Assembly (NCBI GenBank): GCA_017852795.1
Contig: JAFMKU010000005.1
Location: forward strand, 2,045-66,044
Origin: Candidatus Neomicrothrix sp.
GTDB lineage: Bacteria; Actinomycetota; Acidimicrobiia; Acidimicrobiales; Aldehydirespiratoraceae
Direction: 5' to 3'
Length of the DNA stretch: 64,000 nt
Part shown: positions 1 through 8,565 of the stretch, piece by piece
Layout: each line of letters starts with the position of its first letter
Position numbering within the stretch: the stretch's first letter is position 1
Translations under genes and position numbers: made by a program
Notes under the pieces: generated by a model
The model's input: the letters and a program-made list of their open reading frames with translations, nothing else
Database searches by the model: none
Told to the model about the DNA's origin: nothing

Positions 1-1455
1 TTCCGCACCCAGCCCCATCGGCAGCACGTAATCAGCGAACCATGACGTCTCCGACCACGTGGGGGTAAGCGCCACGTGGCATTTGACCTTGTTTTCGTCG
101 GTGAGCGCCTCCATCCACGAGAAGCCATCGGGGTTGGTCCAGATCGGGTTGTAGACCCGACTGAAGTAGACGTCGAGCGAACCTCGTCCCTCGTTGAGGA
201 AATGCGGAAGCAGAATCGACATCTCGTGGTAGGCCAGCGGGAACTCCTTGGGCCATTCGAGTTCGTTCCACTCGTGGGTGTTCGGAGCCCCAATGGGATC
301 GGCCGGCTTGAACTTGTTCATGCCGTTCCCCGCGGTGCCACCTTTGGTTGCCACCGATCCGGTCAGCACGTTGAGGAAGAACAGGCAACGTGCCACCTGC
401 CATCCCCCGCGGTTCCCTGCCCCAGCTGCCCGCCAGTTGTGGCTGGCGAACTTGGTGGGGTTGGCACCGATGACCTCGGCAATCTCACGGATCACCGACG
501 CGTCGATACCGGTCTTTTGCTCGGCATTTTCCGGGGTGTAGTCCGCGTACTCGTCGAGCATCGCGGGTCGGACCTGTTCCCAGGCAACCGGACGGTCCGG
601 GTGCTTTTCGCGCAGGTACGTCTCCCAGTTGGTCCAGCGGCGAACGAACGATTCGTTCCAGTCTCCCGACTCGATCAGCAGACGGGCGATGGCCAGCAGC
701 AGGAATGGCTCAGTCCCGGGCCAGGTCGGCAGCCAGTAGTCGGCCTTGGCGCCGGTGTTCGACAAGCGAGGATCAACCGCGATGATCTTGGCCCCGTTGG
801 CTTGGGCTTCCATGATGCGCTGCGCGTGCGGGTTGAAGTAGTGGCCCGATTCGAGATGCGACGAGATCAAGAAGATGACTTTGGCGTTGGCGAAATCTGA
901 CGATGGACGATCGTGACCCATCCAGCTCTGGTAGCCGATCCGGGCGTTGCTCGAACAGATATTGGTATGGCTGTTGTGCCCGTCAACCCCCCAGGCCTTC
1001 AACACTCGATCGGTGTAGCCCTCCTCACCCGGTCGACCCACGTGGTACATCACGCTGTTGCGGCGGTCCTCAACAAAAGCCGTTCGGATCCGGGTGCCGA
1101 TCTCGTCAAGGGCCTCGTCCCAACTAATCCGTTCCCATTGGCCGGATCCCCGAGGGCCGACGCGTCGCATCGGGTAAAGCACCCGTTCCGGGTCATAGAT
1201 TTGGTTGAGCGTGGCCGGACCTTTGGCGCAGTTGCGACCCCGACTACCGGGGTGCACCGGGTTTCCTTCAACCTTGGTGATCTCGCCGGTTTCCTTATCG
1301 AAATAGGTGATCAATCCGCATCCGGCTTCGCAGTTAAAGCAGGTGGTTGGGATCAGGGTGTAGTTGCGTTCCTTCTTTTCGGGCCACGCCGCGGCGTCGA
1401 GTTCGGTCCAGTCATGCCATTGGTCGAACGGTGGGTACTTGTTGAGATCAGTCAC
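1..1455 (-). CDS. Molybdopterin (bis-MGD, Psr/Phs/Soe-like) oxidoreductase catalytic subunit; 3' end runs off the window
   Basis: Absent from the ORF track because it has no in-window stop. My translation of the minus strand starts at GTG 1455, preceded by GAGGAAG. It reads VTDLNKYPPFDQWHDWTELDAAAWPEKKERNYTLIPTTCFNCEAGCGLITYFDKETGEITKVEGNPVHPGSRGRNCAKGPATLNQIYDPERVLYPMRR. The segments I translated (about 1081-1455 and 1-60, ending TWSETSWFADYVLPMGLGAE at base 1) contain no stop. The C-x2-C-x3-C N-terminal FeS motif and the HPxSxGxxCxKG block are bis-MGD hallmarks. No twin-arginine motif is visible. Confidence 0.85.
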   Translation of the reverse strand, partial: MTDLNKYPPFDQWHDWTELDAAAWPEKKERNYTLIPTTCFNCEAGCGLITYFDKETGEITKVEGNPVHPGSRGRNCAKGPATLNQIYDPERVLYPMRRVGPRGSGQWERISWDEALDEIGTRIRTAFVEDRRNSVMYHVGRPGEEGYTDRVLKAWGVDGHNSHTNICSSNARIGYQSWMGHDRPSSDFANAKVIFLISSHLESGHYFNPHAQRIMEAQANGAKIIAVDPRLSNTGAKADYWLPTWPGTEPFLLLAIARLLIESGDWNESFVRRWTNWETYLREKHPDRPVAWEQVRPAMLDEYADYTPENAEQKTGIDASVIREIAEVIGANPTKFASHNWRAAGAGNRGGWQVARCLFFLNVLTGSVATKGGTAGNGMNKFKPADPIGAPNTHEWNELEWPKEFPLAYHEMSILLPHFLNEGRGSLDVYFSRVYNPIWTNPDGFSWMEALTDENKVKCHVALTPTWSETSWFADYVLPMGLGAE

Positions 1456-1491
1456 GGGTCTTCCTCGGGTGTTCTTCGAGCAGTTGATGGA

Positions 1492-3042
1492 TCAGGACAG
1501 GGGAACCGACTGGCCGGCTCGCACAAAAGCGTCTTCGTAGGCGAACAACCCCAACACGGCTGACACGCCAGCGAGCGCCAGCAGGCCTGGTTCGGTGACG
1601 TCGCCGGCGATTGCACCGACCGTCAGGGCAGCGGGGACCACCAGTCCGACCAGCACTCCCCCCAGCCAGAACTGTCGGGCGTAGCGACCGCGGACCATGG
1701 CATGAACCGCGAGTTCGACGTGGCGGCTGCCGTGTGAGGTGAGCTCGATCGCTAGCAACGCCGCGGTGGCGGCGACCCCGCCGAGCAGCACCCAGGCCAC
1801 CGCGCGGCCATCGGGCACGGTCACGAACAGGTCCATCACCGCAAAAGCGGCACCGCCCGCGGTGACCGCCTGAGCCAGCAGCACCGGAAGCAACAGCGGG
1901 GTCTGCCAGAGGTCACGACCTTCACATTGGGCAAACAAGAACGCGGTGTACCCGGCGGTCCCGGCCGCGCCCAGCACCGCTGGTAGGGCAAGGTACGCAA
2001 GCGCACTGTCGGTCCCGGTCACCCCGGCCAGGAACCAGGCCGCGCAGACCGCAGCGAACGCCATCAACACGTAGGCGCCTTTGACCAGCCACGACTCGCG
2101 GTTGCCACGGGTCAGGAGGTAATGGAACCGGGTCGGCTGTTTGAGGTCAGCGATCAGCAGCACCCCAGTGAACCCAAGGAACACCCCAGCGATCACCGGT
2201 GACGTCACCCCCACCGCGGTCTGGTCGGCGTGGCCGAGCAACACCATCAGTGCGGCGACCAGCATCACGCCGGCCGCCACCGCTTTGGTCACCAAATACC
2301 CGGAGACCTTTTCTTTCCAGGTCATCAGGTGGCTGGTGGTGTAGACGGTGCGGGCTACGACCCCGTCGAGATCGGTTGGCCGTTCGCCGAAGGCAACCGG
2401 AAGACTGGGGTGGTTCTTGGTGGTGGTGCCTCGCAGGGTGTCGGCCCAGATCATGCCGTCGTTGGCGATCGCAGTTCGGGTGGGATCAAGCGAGGCCTGA
2501 TCGGCACCGCGGTAATAGACCTTTGGTTTGGTGTTCTGCTCCGGGGCTCGGACCGCCACGTCGTCGCGGGCAATGATCCGGCTGATCTCGCTGGTGGGAT
2601 CGTCGAGGTCACCGATCTTGATGGCTTCGGTAGGGCAGACGATCTGACACGATGGCTCTAACCCCACCTCGATCCGGTGGTTGCACATGTTGCATTTGTG
2701 CGCGGTGTTGGTCTCCGGGTTGATGTAGAGCGCGTCGTAGGGGCAGGCGTTCATGCACGACTTACATCCAATGCAGTTGTCGTCTTGGAAATCGACCACA
2801 CCGTTTGGTGCCCGGTACAGCGCCGACGTCGGGCAAATCTTCATGCAGGGCGCATCGTCGCACTGGTTGCATCGCATGACCGAGAACTTGCGAGCCACGT
2901 CAGGGAACGTGCCGGTCTCGATGTATTTGACCCAGGTGCGGTTGACCCCAAGCGGCACGTCGTGCTCGCTCTTGCAGGCCACCGTGCAGGCATGGCACCC
3001 GATGCAGCTATCACTGTCGAGAAGGAAACCCAGTCGTGTCAC
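1492..3042 (-). CDS. Fused 4Fe-4S ferredoxin-type subunit (DmsB/PsrB-like) and NrfD/PsrC-like 8-TM membrane anchor
   Basis: 516-aa ORF with GTG start. The N-terminal half has four Cys clusters (CIGCHACTVAC, CNQCDDAPCMKICP, CIGCKSCMNACP, CNMCNHR...CQIVCP). The C-terminal half has about 8 hydrophobic helices. It sits 37 nt upstream of the molybdoenzyme gene on the same strand. Confidence 0.85.
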   Translation of the reverse strand: MTRLGFLLDSDSCIGCHACTVACKSEHDVPLGVNRTWVKYIETGTFPDVARKFSVMRCNQCDDAPCMKICPTSALYRAPNGVVDFQDDNCIGCKSCMNACPYDALYINPETNTAHKCNMCNHRIEVGLEPSCQIVCPTEAIKIGDLDDPTSEISRIIARDDVAVRAPEQNTKPKVYYRGADQASLDPTRTAIANDGMIWADTLRGTTTKNHPSLPVAFGERPTDLDGVVARTVYTTSHLMTWKEKVSGYLVTKAVAAGVMLVAALMVLLGHADQTAVGVTSPVIAGVFLGFTGVLLIADLKQPTRFHYLLTRGNRESWLVKGAYVLMAFAAVCAAWFLAGVTGTDSALAYLALPAVLGAAGTAGYTAFLFAQCEGRDLWQTPLLLPVLLAQAVTAGGAAFAVMDLFVTVPDGRAVAWVLLGGVAATAALLAIELTSHGSRHVELAVHAMVRGRYARQFWLGGVLVGLVVPAALTVGAIAGDVTEPGLLALAGVSAVLGLFAYEDAFVRAGQSVPLS

Positions 3043-3073
3043 CCCTCTAGTGTGACTGACGTCTCACCCTACG

Positions 3074-3103
3074 TATAGAGTGAAACTAGCTATACAGCCA
3101 TAG
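3074..3103. promoter_or_regulatory. Candidate LysR-type T-N11-A operator in the divergent promoter region
   Basis: TATAG-N11-CTATA inverted repeat at 3074-3094, immediately followed by an overlapping CTAT-N6-ATAG at 3090-3103. It lies in the 70-bp gap between the FeS/NrfD gene start (3042, minus) and the LysR gene start (3113, plus). Confidence 0.4.
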
Positions 3104-3112
3104 ATCGTTCCT

Positions 3113-4048
3113 ATGCCTCTTCCCGCGTACTTCCCCGAACTTGCCTCGCTTGACCTGTTCACCACCGTGGTCGAGGTCGGCAGCGTCAGCCGAGCCGCGA
3201 AAGCGCACGGGATTACCCAACCATCGGCAAGTAGCCGACTCAAACACCTCGAGCGCCAACTCGGGCTCCAACTCCTGGAGCGGAGCCCATCAGGGTCTCG
3301 CCCCACCGACGCCGGCGTGGTGGTGGCGGAATGGGCCGAGGCGATTCTGCGTGCTGCCCACGAACTCAACGCTGGCCTCGGAGCCTTTCGGGCCGAACAA
3401 ACCGGTCGGCTTCGGATCGCCGCCAGTTTCACCATCGCTGAATACCTCCTTCCGCAATGGCTCGACCGGTTCTCCCGGCAGCATCCGAAAGACTCGATCG
3501 CCTTGGAAGTGCTGAACTCCACCGTGGTGACCGAACGGGTCCGTCGCGGCGAAGCCGATCTCGGTTTCATTGAGAGCCCCTCGGCGGCAGCCGGTCTGGT
3601 ATCCCAGACGGTGGGATCTGACGAACTGGTCACCGTTGTCGCCCCCGGACATCCTTGGAGCCGCCGCGGGTCGGTCCCGGTCGAGGCGTTGGCCGCTACC
3701 CCGTTGGTGATGCGCGAGGCTGGCTCAGGAACTCGTCAAGCCCTCGAATCGGCGCTGATCGAATTGGGGCTCGGGCCGCCGACCACCGTGCTGGAGTTGG
3801 GGTCGACTTCGGCTGTTCGTACTGCGGTGGTGCACGGCAACGCTCCGACGGTCATCAGCAGACTGGCGGTCGCGGCTGAGATCAACAGCGCCCAGCTGGT
3901 GGAGATTCACATCCGAGGGTTGAGGATCGAACGGCAACTGCGCGCGATCTGGCCGGAGGGCAGCACCCTGTCATCGCTCGCTCGTGCCCTCCTCAACGAC
4001 CTTTCGGCCGAAACCTCGCGACCGGCCAGAGCCCGACAACACTCTTGA
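3113..4048 (+). CDS. LysR-family transcriptional regulator
   Basis: 311 aa. N-terminal wHTH LDLFTTVVEVGSVSRAAKAHGITQPSASSRLKHLERQLGLQLLER, followed by a LysR substrate-binding-type C-terminus. Divergent from the molybdoenzyme operon. Confidence 0.9.
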   Translation: MPLPAYFPELASLDLFTTVVEVGSVSRAAKAHGITQPSASSRLKHLERQLGLQLLERSPSGSRPTDAGVVVAEWAEAILRAAHELNAGLGAFRAEQTGRLRIAASFTIAEYLLPQWLDRFSRQHPKDSIALEVLNSTVVTERVRRGEADLGFIESPSAAAGLVSQTVGSDELVTVVAPGHPWSRRGSVPVEALAATPLVMREAGSGTRQALESALIELGLGPPTTVLELGSTSAVRTAVVHGNAPTVISRLAVAAEINSAQLVEIHIRGLRIERQLRAIWPEGSTLSSLARALLNDLSAETSRPARARQHS

Positions 4049-4074
4049 TCGAGCGAACGGAACCAGCGAAGCGG

Positions 4075-5451
4075 TTACACCGCGGCGAGCGAAGTCCAGG
4101 CTCCGTAGCCACCGAGCAGATCTGACACATCGGTGAACCCGGCTGCCGACAGGCGACTGGCTGCGATCGACGATCGGAACCCACCGGCGCAGTACACCAC
4201 CGTGGGTCGGCTGGCATCCAGCGACGACAGCATGGCGTTGAGTTGGGTCAGCGGTACCAGCCGCGCTCCGTTAATGGTTCCACCTTCGGTTTCGCCCGGC
4301 TGACGCACGTCGACGATCTGCAGGTCAGGCATCTCGGCCCGTGCTCGTTCCAGCGCGGGAGCATCCATCCGGCTGCTCTGCACCACATCACCAGGGTTGG
4401 CCAACATCGCCGACAACGGATCCGCGAGCGCGCCCACCACCCGATCAAAGCCGATGCGGGCCAGACGGTTCTTCGCTTCGAGATCCCCGCCAGGGTCGCT
4501 GACTAACACGATGGGGGCACCAGGTTGCACCACCCCACCGGCCTGCTCGGCGAAACGACCCGAGATTCCGATGTTGATCGCGCTGATGAGGTGCCCGGCG
4601 GCAAATTCTTCCGGGGAGCGGGTATCGAGCACCACCGCTCCTCGACGCTGCCACGTCAGCACCTCGTCGAGCGACAACGGTTCGGGAGGGGTGACCTCGT
4701 CGAGCAGAGGGCGAAGCTCACGGTTGAGCACCGCGTCGAACGCGAAATAGGCCGGCGGGCTGGTCTGGCCCTCGGTTACCGCAGCAATGAACTCATCCTT
4801 GGACATCGGGGCCAAGGCGTAGTTGCTTGTGCGTTGCTCCCCAAGCGTCGACCACGTATCAGTCGAAAGGCTTTTGCCACATGACGAGCCTGCCCCGTGG
4901 GCCGGGTACACCCGGGTGGCGTCGGGCAGGGTCAACAACTGTTGATGAATCGAGTCGTAGAGGCTGCTGGCCAAGTCGTCAGCGGTCACCCCTCGTGAGC
5001 TGAGCAGGTCAGGGCGGCCAACGTCACCGATGAAGAGGGTGTCGCCGGTGAGCACACCGTAGGGAACCTCGTCGTCGGCGTGTTCATAGACAACCACGCT
5101 GATCGACTCCGGTGTGTGGCCGGGGGTGTGGCGAACTTCAAGCGTGACATCGCCGAGGCTGATGCGTTCTCCGTCGGCAAGTTTGCGACTCTCGAACTCG
5201 GTTTCAGCTACCGACCCGTAGGCAATGGCAGCACCGGTCGCGGCCGCCAATTCCAGATGCCCGCTCAGGAAGTCGGCATGAAAGTGGGTTTCAATGACGA
5301 GTTCAATGGTGAGGCCCTGTTCGGCGGCACTCTCCAGATACGGCGCGATGTCCCGGCGAGGGTCAACCACCACCGCTCGCCCGCTGCCCTCATCGCCGAC
5401 AAGGTAGGAGGCTTGAGAGAGGCATTCGAGGTAGTGCTGCTCAAAGATCAT
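4075..5451 (-). CDS. MBL-fold persulfide-dioxygenase-like domain fused to two rhodanese domains (CstB/Blh-like)
   Basis: HFHADFLSGH metal motif. The first rhodanese-like domain lacks a catalytic Cys. The second carries the active loop VVYCAGGFRSS. The track ORF starts at TTG 5487; I prefer ATG 5451 (MIFEQHYLECLSQASYLVGD), which looks like the family N-terminus. Confidence 0.8.
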   Translation of the reverse strand: MIFEQHYLECLSQASYLVGDEGSGRAVVVDPRRDIAPYLESAAEQGLTIELVIETHFHADFLSGHLELAAATGAAIAYGSVAETEFESRKLADGERISLGDVTLEVRHTPGHTPESISVVVYEHADDEVPYGVLTGDTLFIGDVGRPDLLSSRGVTADDLASSLYDSIHQQLLTLPDATRVYPAHGAGSSCGKSLSTDTWSTLGEQRTSNYALAPMSKDEFIAAVTEGQTSPPAYFAFDAVLNRELRPLLDEVTPPEPLSLDEVLTWQRRGAVVLDTRSPEEFAAGHLISAINIGISGRFAEQAGGVVQPGAPIVLVSDPGGDLEAKNRLARIGFDRVVGALADPLSAMLANPGDVVQSSRMDAPALERARAEMPDLQIVDVRQPGETEGGTINGARLVPLTQLNAMLSSLDASRPTVVYCAGGFRSSIAASRLSAAGFTDVSDLLGGYGAWTSLAAV

Positions 5452-5538
5452 GCCCCTAAATGTACGGACATTTTCGGGAGTGGTCAATCGGTTCGTTGCT
5501 CGCCACCGTTGCCGCCCACCGGGTGAGCTGCCGTGTCG

Positions 5539-6300
5539 CTATTCGGTTGAGGGTCGAAGTTCGCTGCGACCTCGTGCCGTCCAGTCGCTGACGAACCGGT
5601 ACCGGTCGCCACGGATGACCGTCGTTCTCCATTCGACCGGAACCCCATCACGAGAACCGAGCCGTTCCAGCGAGAACACCGCCGAGGCCTCATCAAGGTC
5701 AAGGAGCCGTCGGTCATCGGCGGAGGGCAGCGCTGGTTCTAGCCGCTCCCACCCTTCATTTGGTGTCGGTGCACCGATCCGGGTCATTTCGTCGTAGAGC
5801 GCGGTGCGGGACCAGTCCACGTTCAGCAGCGGTTTCGCTAGCTTCAACGGGAGCCAGGCTCGGTCAATGGCCAACGGTTCACCACCAGCCCGACGCAACC
5901 GGGCCAACAGCAGGAGCGGCGCGTCGTCGGCGAGCCCGAGACGCGCCGACGCTGACGGATCGGTCACCGTGTCGAGGGCCAACACCTCACTGGTTTGCAC
6001 GACCCCCGCCGCTTCGATCGTGCGGAACAAGCTGTAGAGCGTGCCGAGCGGCTGCTCGAATTCGCCGTGATTGACGATCGTGCCTCGACCCCGCTCACGG
6101 GTTACCAGCCCCTGCTGGTTGAGGCACCGAACCGCCTCGCGGACCGTGTGGCGACTGACTTCGTAGGACTCGGTGAGTTCAAGGTCGCTCGGGAATCGGC
6201 CATCACCAAACTCCCCTGCTTCGATCCGACGAAGCAGGTCGTCTTCAAGTTGGGCCCACAACGGGGACGATGCGGAACGATCAAGTGGGCGGGCGGACAC
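5539..6300 (-). CDS. GntR-family (HutC/UTRA-type) transcriptional regulator
   Basis: 253 aa. wHTH PSDLELTESYEVSRHTVREAVRCLNQQGLVTRERGRGTIV, with a UTRA-like C-terminal domain. Confidence 0.85.
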   Translation of the reverse strand: MSARPLDRSASSPLWAQLEDDLLRRIEAGEFGDGRFPSDLELTESYEVSRHTVREAVRCLNQQGLVTRERGRGTIVNHGEFEQPLGTLYSLFRTIEAAGVVQTSEVLALDTVTDPSASARLGLADDAPLLLLARLRRAGGEPLAIDRAWLPLKLAKPLLNVDWSRTALYDEMTRIGAPTPNEGWERLEPALPSADDRRLLDLDEASAVFSLERLGSRDGVPVEWRTTVIRGDRYRFVSDWTARGRSELRPSTE

Positions 6301-6311
6301 TGACGACTCGC

Positions 6312-7142
6312 CTACCGTTCTCCGTGAACCGGATCAGTTTGATCGCCAACATCGATTCGTTGACGGAGTTGTACCGCCGCACCGGTGCTGCGCCGACGGG
6401 CGGTGATGTTCAACGTCTCCACAAACATCGAGAACGCCATGGCGGCGTAGACGTACCCCTTCGGGACTTCTTCACCGAAGCCGTGAGCGATCAGGGTCAT
6501 GCCGATCAGCAGCAGGAACGCCAGCGCCAACATCTTGACTGAGGGGTGGGTGTTGACGAACCGATAGATCGCCCCCGACGCGGCCAGCATTACCCCCACC
6601 GAGACCAAGATGGCGATGACCATCACGATCACATACGAGGTCATCCCAACCGCGGTAACGACCGAATCGACGGAAAAGACGAGGTCAAGCAGCATGACTT
6701 GCGCAATGACCGAAGCGAACGTTGCGCCGCTGCGAGTACTGGCGTGATCCACTTCGCCTTCGAGTTTGTGGTGGATCTCCTTGGTCGCTTTGTAGATCAA
6801 GAACAGACCGCCCGCGAGCAAAATGAGTTCTTTCCCGCTGAAGCCATGCCCTAAGACGGTGAACAGTTCCTCTTTCAAGGTGATGACCCAACCGACCGCG
6901 AGCAACAACAGCACCCGCATCCCACCGGCGGCAAGAATCCCCACTCGTCGAGCCCGATCCCGTTCACCTTCCGGGAGCTTCCCGGCGAGGATCGAAATAA
7001 AGACGACGTTGTCCACCCCGAGCACGATTTCGAGCGTGGTCAGCGCCGCTAACGCGCTCCACGCCGCCGGGTCACTCAGCCACTCAGTCAACCAGTCCAT
7101 GACCTTCAGGATAGATCCTGCGGCGCCATCACCCGAGATCAA
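6312..7142 (-). CDS. TerC-family integral membrane protein
   Basis: 276 aa, multi-TM. Signature LEIVLGVDNVVFISILAGKLP and a second DLVFSVDSV repeat. The start is uncertain; an alternative is Met at MDWLTEWL. Confidence 0.85.
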   Translation of the reverse strand: MISGDGAAGSILKVMDWLTEWLSDPAAWSALAALTTLEIVLGVDNVVFISILAGKLPEGERDRARRVGILAAGGMRVLLLLAVGWVITLKEELFTVLGHGFSGKELILLAGGLFLIYKATKEIHHKLEGEVDHASTRSGATFASVIAQVMLLDLVFSVDSVVTAVGMTSYVIVMVIAILVSVGVMLAASGAIYRFVNTHPSVKMLALAFLLLIGMTLIAHGFGEEVPKGYVYAAMAFSMFVETLNITARRRSTGAAVQLRQRIDVGDQTDPVHGER

Positions 7143-7183
7143 CGCTCCCTACCGGTCGCCGACCCGGGCTGCGCCTACACTCG

Positions 7184-7621
7184 GTGACCGTGAACACTCG
7201 CCCCCACCAGACCGCCATTCGGGTGCGCTTCGGTGAACTTGACCCCTACAACCATGTCAACCACGCCGTGTACGTGCAGTACTTCGAAGCCGCACGAGTG
7301 GAGTTGCTGGCCGAAGCCGGGATCTTCCTCGGCAGGATGCGCTCTGACGTCGGGTCGATTGTGGTTTCTGAAATCCAAACTCGCTTTCTTGCCAGCGCTG
7401 AGGAACTCGACAATCTGATTGTCGAAACTGAGGTAGTCGAGATGCGCCGGGTGACGTCACTTTGGCGGCAGAGGATCCTGCGCGGCGATCAGGTGATCGC
7501 AACCCAAGACGTCCGCGCCGCCATGGTTGACCCCAGCGGTAAACCGATCCGGTTTCCCGAGGAGATGGTTGCTTCCCTCCGGCCCTACATGGCCGCTGAG
7601 GACGACACCGCTTCGGGCTAA
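7184..7621 (+). CDS. Acyl-CoA thioesterase, 4HBT/YbgC hotdog family
   Basis: 145 aa with GTG start. Motif DPYNHVNHAVYVQYFEAARVELL is typical of 4HBT thioesterases. Confidence 0.8.
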   Translation: MTVNTRPHQTAIRVRFGELDPYNHVNHAVYVQYFEAARVELLAEAGIFLGRMRSDVGSIVVSEIQTRFLASAEELDNLIVETEVVEMRRVTSLWRQRILRGDQVIATQDVRAAMVDPSGKPIRFPEEMVASLRPYMAAEDDTASG

Positions 7622-7635
7622 TCCCGGCTGGGTTC

Positions 7636-8565
7636 TCACCGAGGTTCGTCGATGCCGTCGACAAAAGCCCGAAATGACTCGTTGGTTTCGCGAAACGACT
7701 CGACGGTTTTGACCTTGGTGTCGGTGCCTCGCAGCGCCGCCAACGGATCCTGTTGATCGCCGACGTAGCCAAGCGCGAACGCTCCCTGCTGGTAGCCCAT
7801 CATTTTGAGCAGGTCGTCGTCGAGGGTGCGGGCCACTTCAGGGGGGCAGGCGAGGTATTGGTTTTCTTCCTGGCGTACCCAACCCACTGAATAGGTGATG
7901 TTGACACCTTGGCGAACATGGTCGCTTCGGTTCGCTCCCCCACCGTGAAGGACTTTGCCGTCGTAGAGCAGCACCGACCCTCGTGGCATTTCGGCCTGGA
8001 CCATGTGGATCGCTTCTGATTCCGGGTCTAGAAGACCACCGGAACCTGGTGCGAGTCGGGTGGCACCGTTGTCCGTAGTGAAATCGGTCAGCGCCCACAT
8101 CGTGTTGCATTGGGCGTGATAGCCGATCGGGAAATCGAAGAAATCGAACGCCATCTGGTCTCGGTGTGGTTTCTGCTCACTTTCACCGGGTTCGATCGTG
8201 ATGAGTTGGGTGAGGTGGAGTTGGTAGGTCGAGGCGTGGCCCAGAAACTGGCCAACCACGGCGCGAACCAGCGGGTTCATGACCAGCGTCCGGGCGGTTG
8301 GGCAGCGGCGGATCAACGCTCCTGTTCTGCGAGTGTGAACGCCGTCGTACTGGTCACGGCCCGGTGCCGACGCATCAACGAACGGGGCAACCTCGGCCGC
8401 GAGCTGATCCATGAGGCTGGCACTGACCAACCGTTCGATCACGACAAACCCGTGCTGGTTGAGCACGCCAAGAATTTCCGAAACCGGCGTTTCGGAGGTC
8501 ACGCGAAACGGACTCATGAGGCGACGGTACCAAGTCGGTGCTGCTGATCGTTCACTTCTCGTCAA
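7636..8565 (-). CDS. Phytanoyl-CoA dioxygenase (PhyH) family Fe(II)/2OG oxygenase
   Basis: 309 aa. HxD motif (KPHRDQ) and distal His (KVLHGGGAN). It overlaps the upstream ARH gene by 14 nt if the longest start is used; Met at MSPFRV is an alternative. Confidence 0.7.
   Translation of the reverse strand: MTRSERSAAPTWYRRLMSPFRVTSETPVSEILGVLNQHGFVVIERLVSASLMDQLAAEVAPFVDASAPGRDQYDGVHTRRTGALIRRCPTARTLVMNPLVRAVVGQFLGHASTYQLHLTQLITIEPGESEQKPHRDQMAFDFFDFPIGYHAQCNTMWALTDFTTDNGATRLAPGSGGLLDPESEAIHMVQAEMPRGSVLLYDGKVLHGGGANRSDHVRQGVNITYSVGWVRQEENQYLACPPEVARTLDDDLLKMMGYQQGAFALGYVGDQQDPLAALRGTDTKVKTVESFRETNESFRAFVDGIDEPR

Noticed and set aside
76-1563. Plus-strand ORFs 76..900 (274 aa) and 913..1563 (216 aa)
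   Set aside because: They are antisense to the clearly recognisable molybdopterin oxidoreductase gene on the minus strand. Their translations are Arg/Gly/Pro/Val-rich with no motifs, which is typical of high-GC shadow ORFs.
7143-7183. yybP-ykoY (Mn) riboswitch upstream of the TerC-family gene
   Set aside because: Only 41 bp separate the TerC start from the divergent thioesterase start, which is too short for the riboswitch of roughly 100+ nt.
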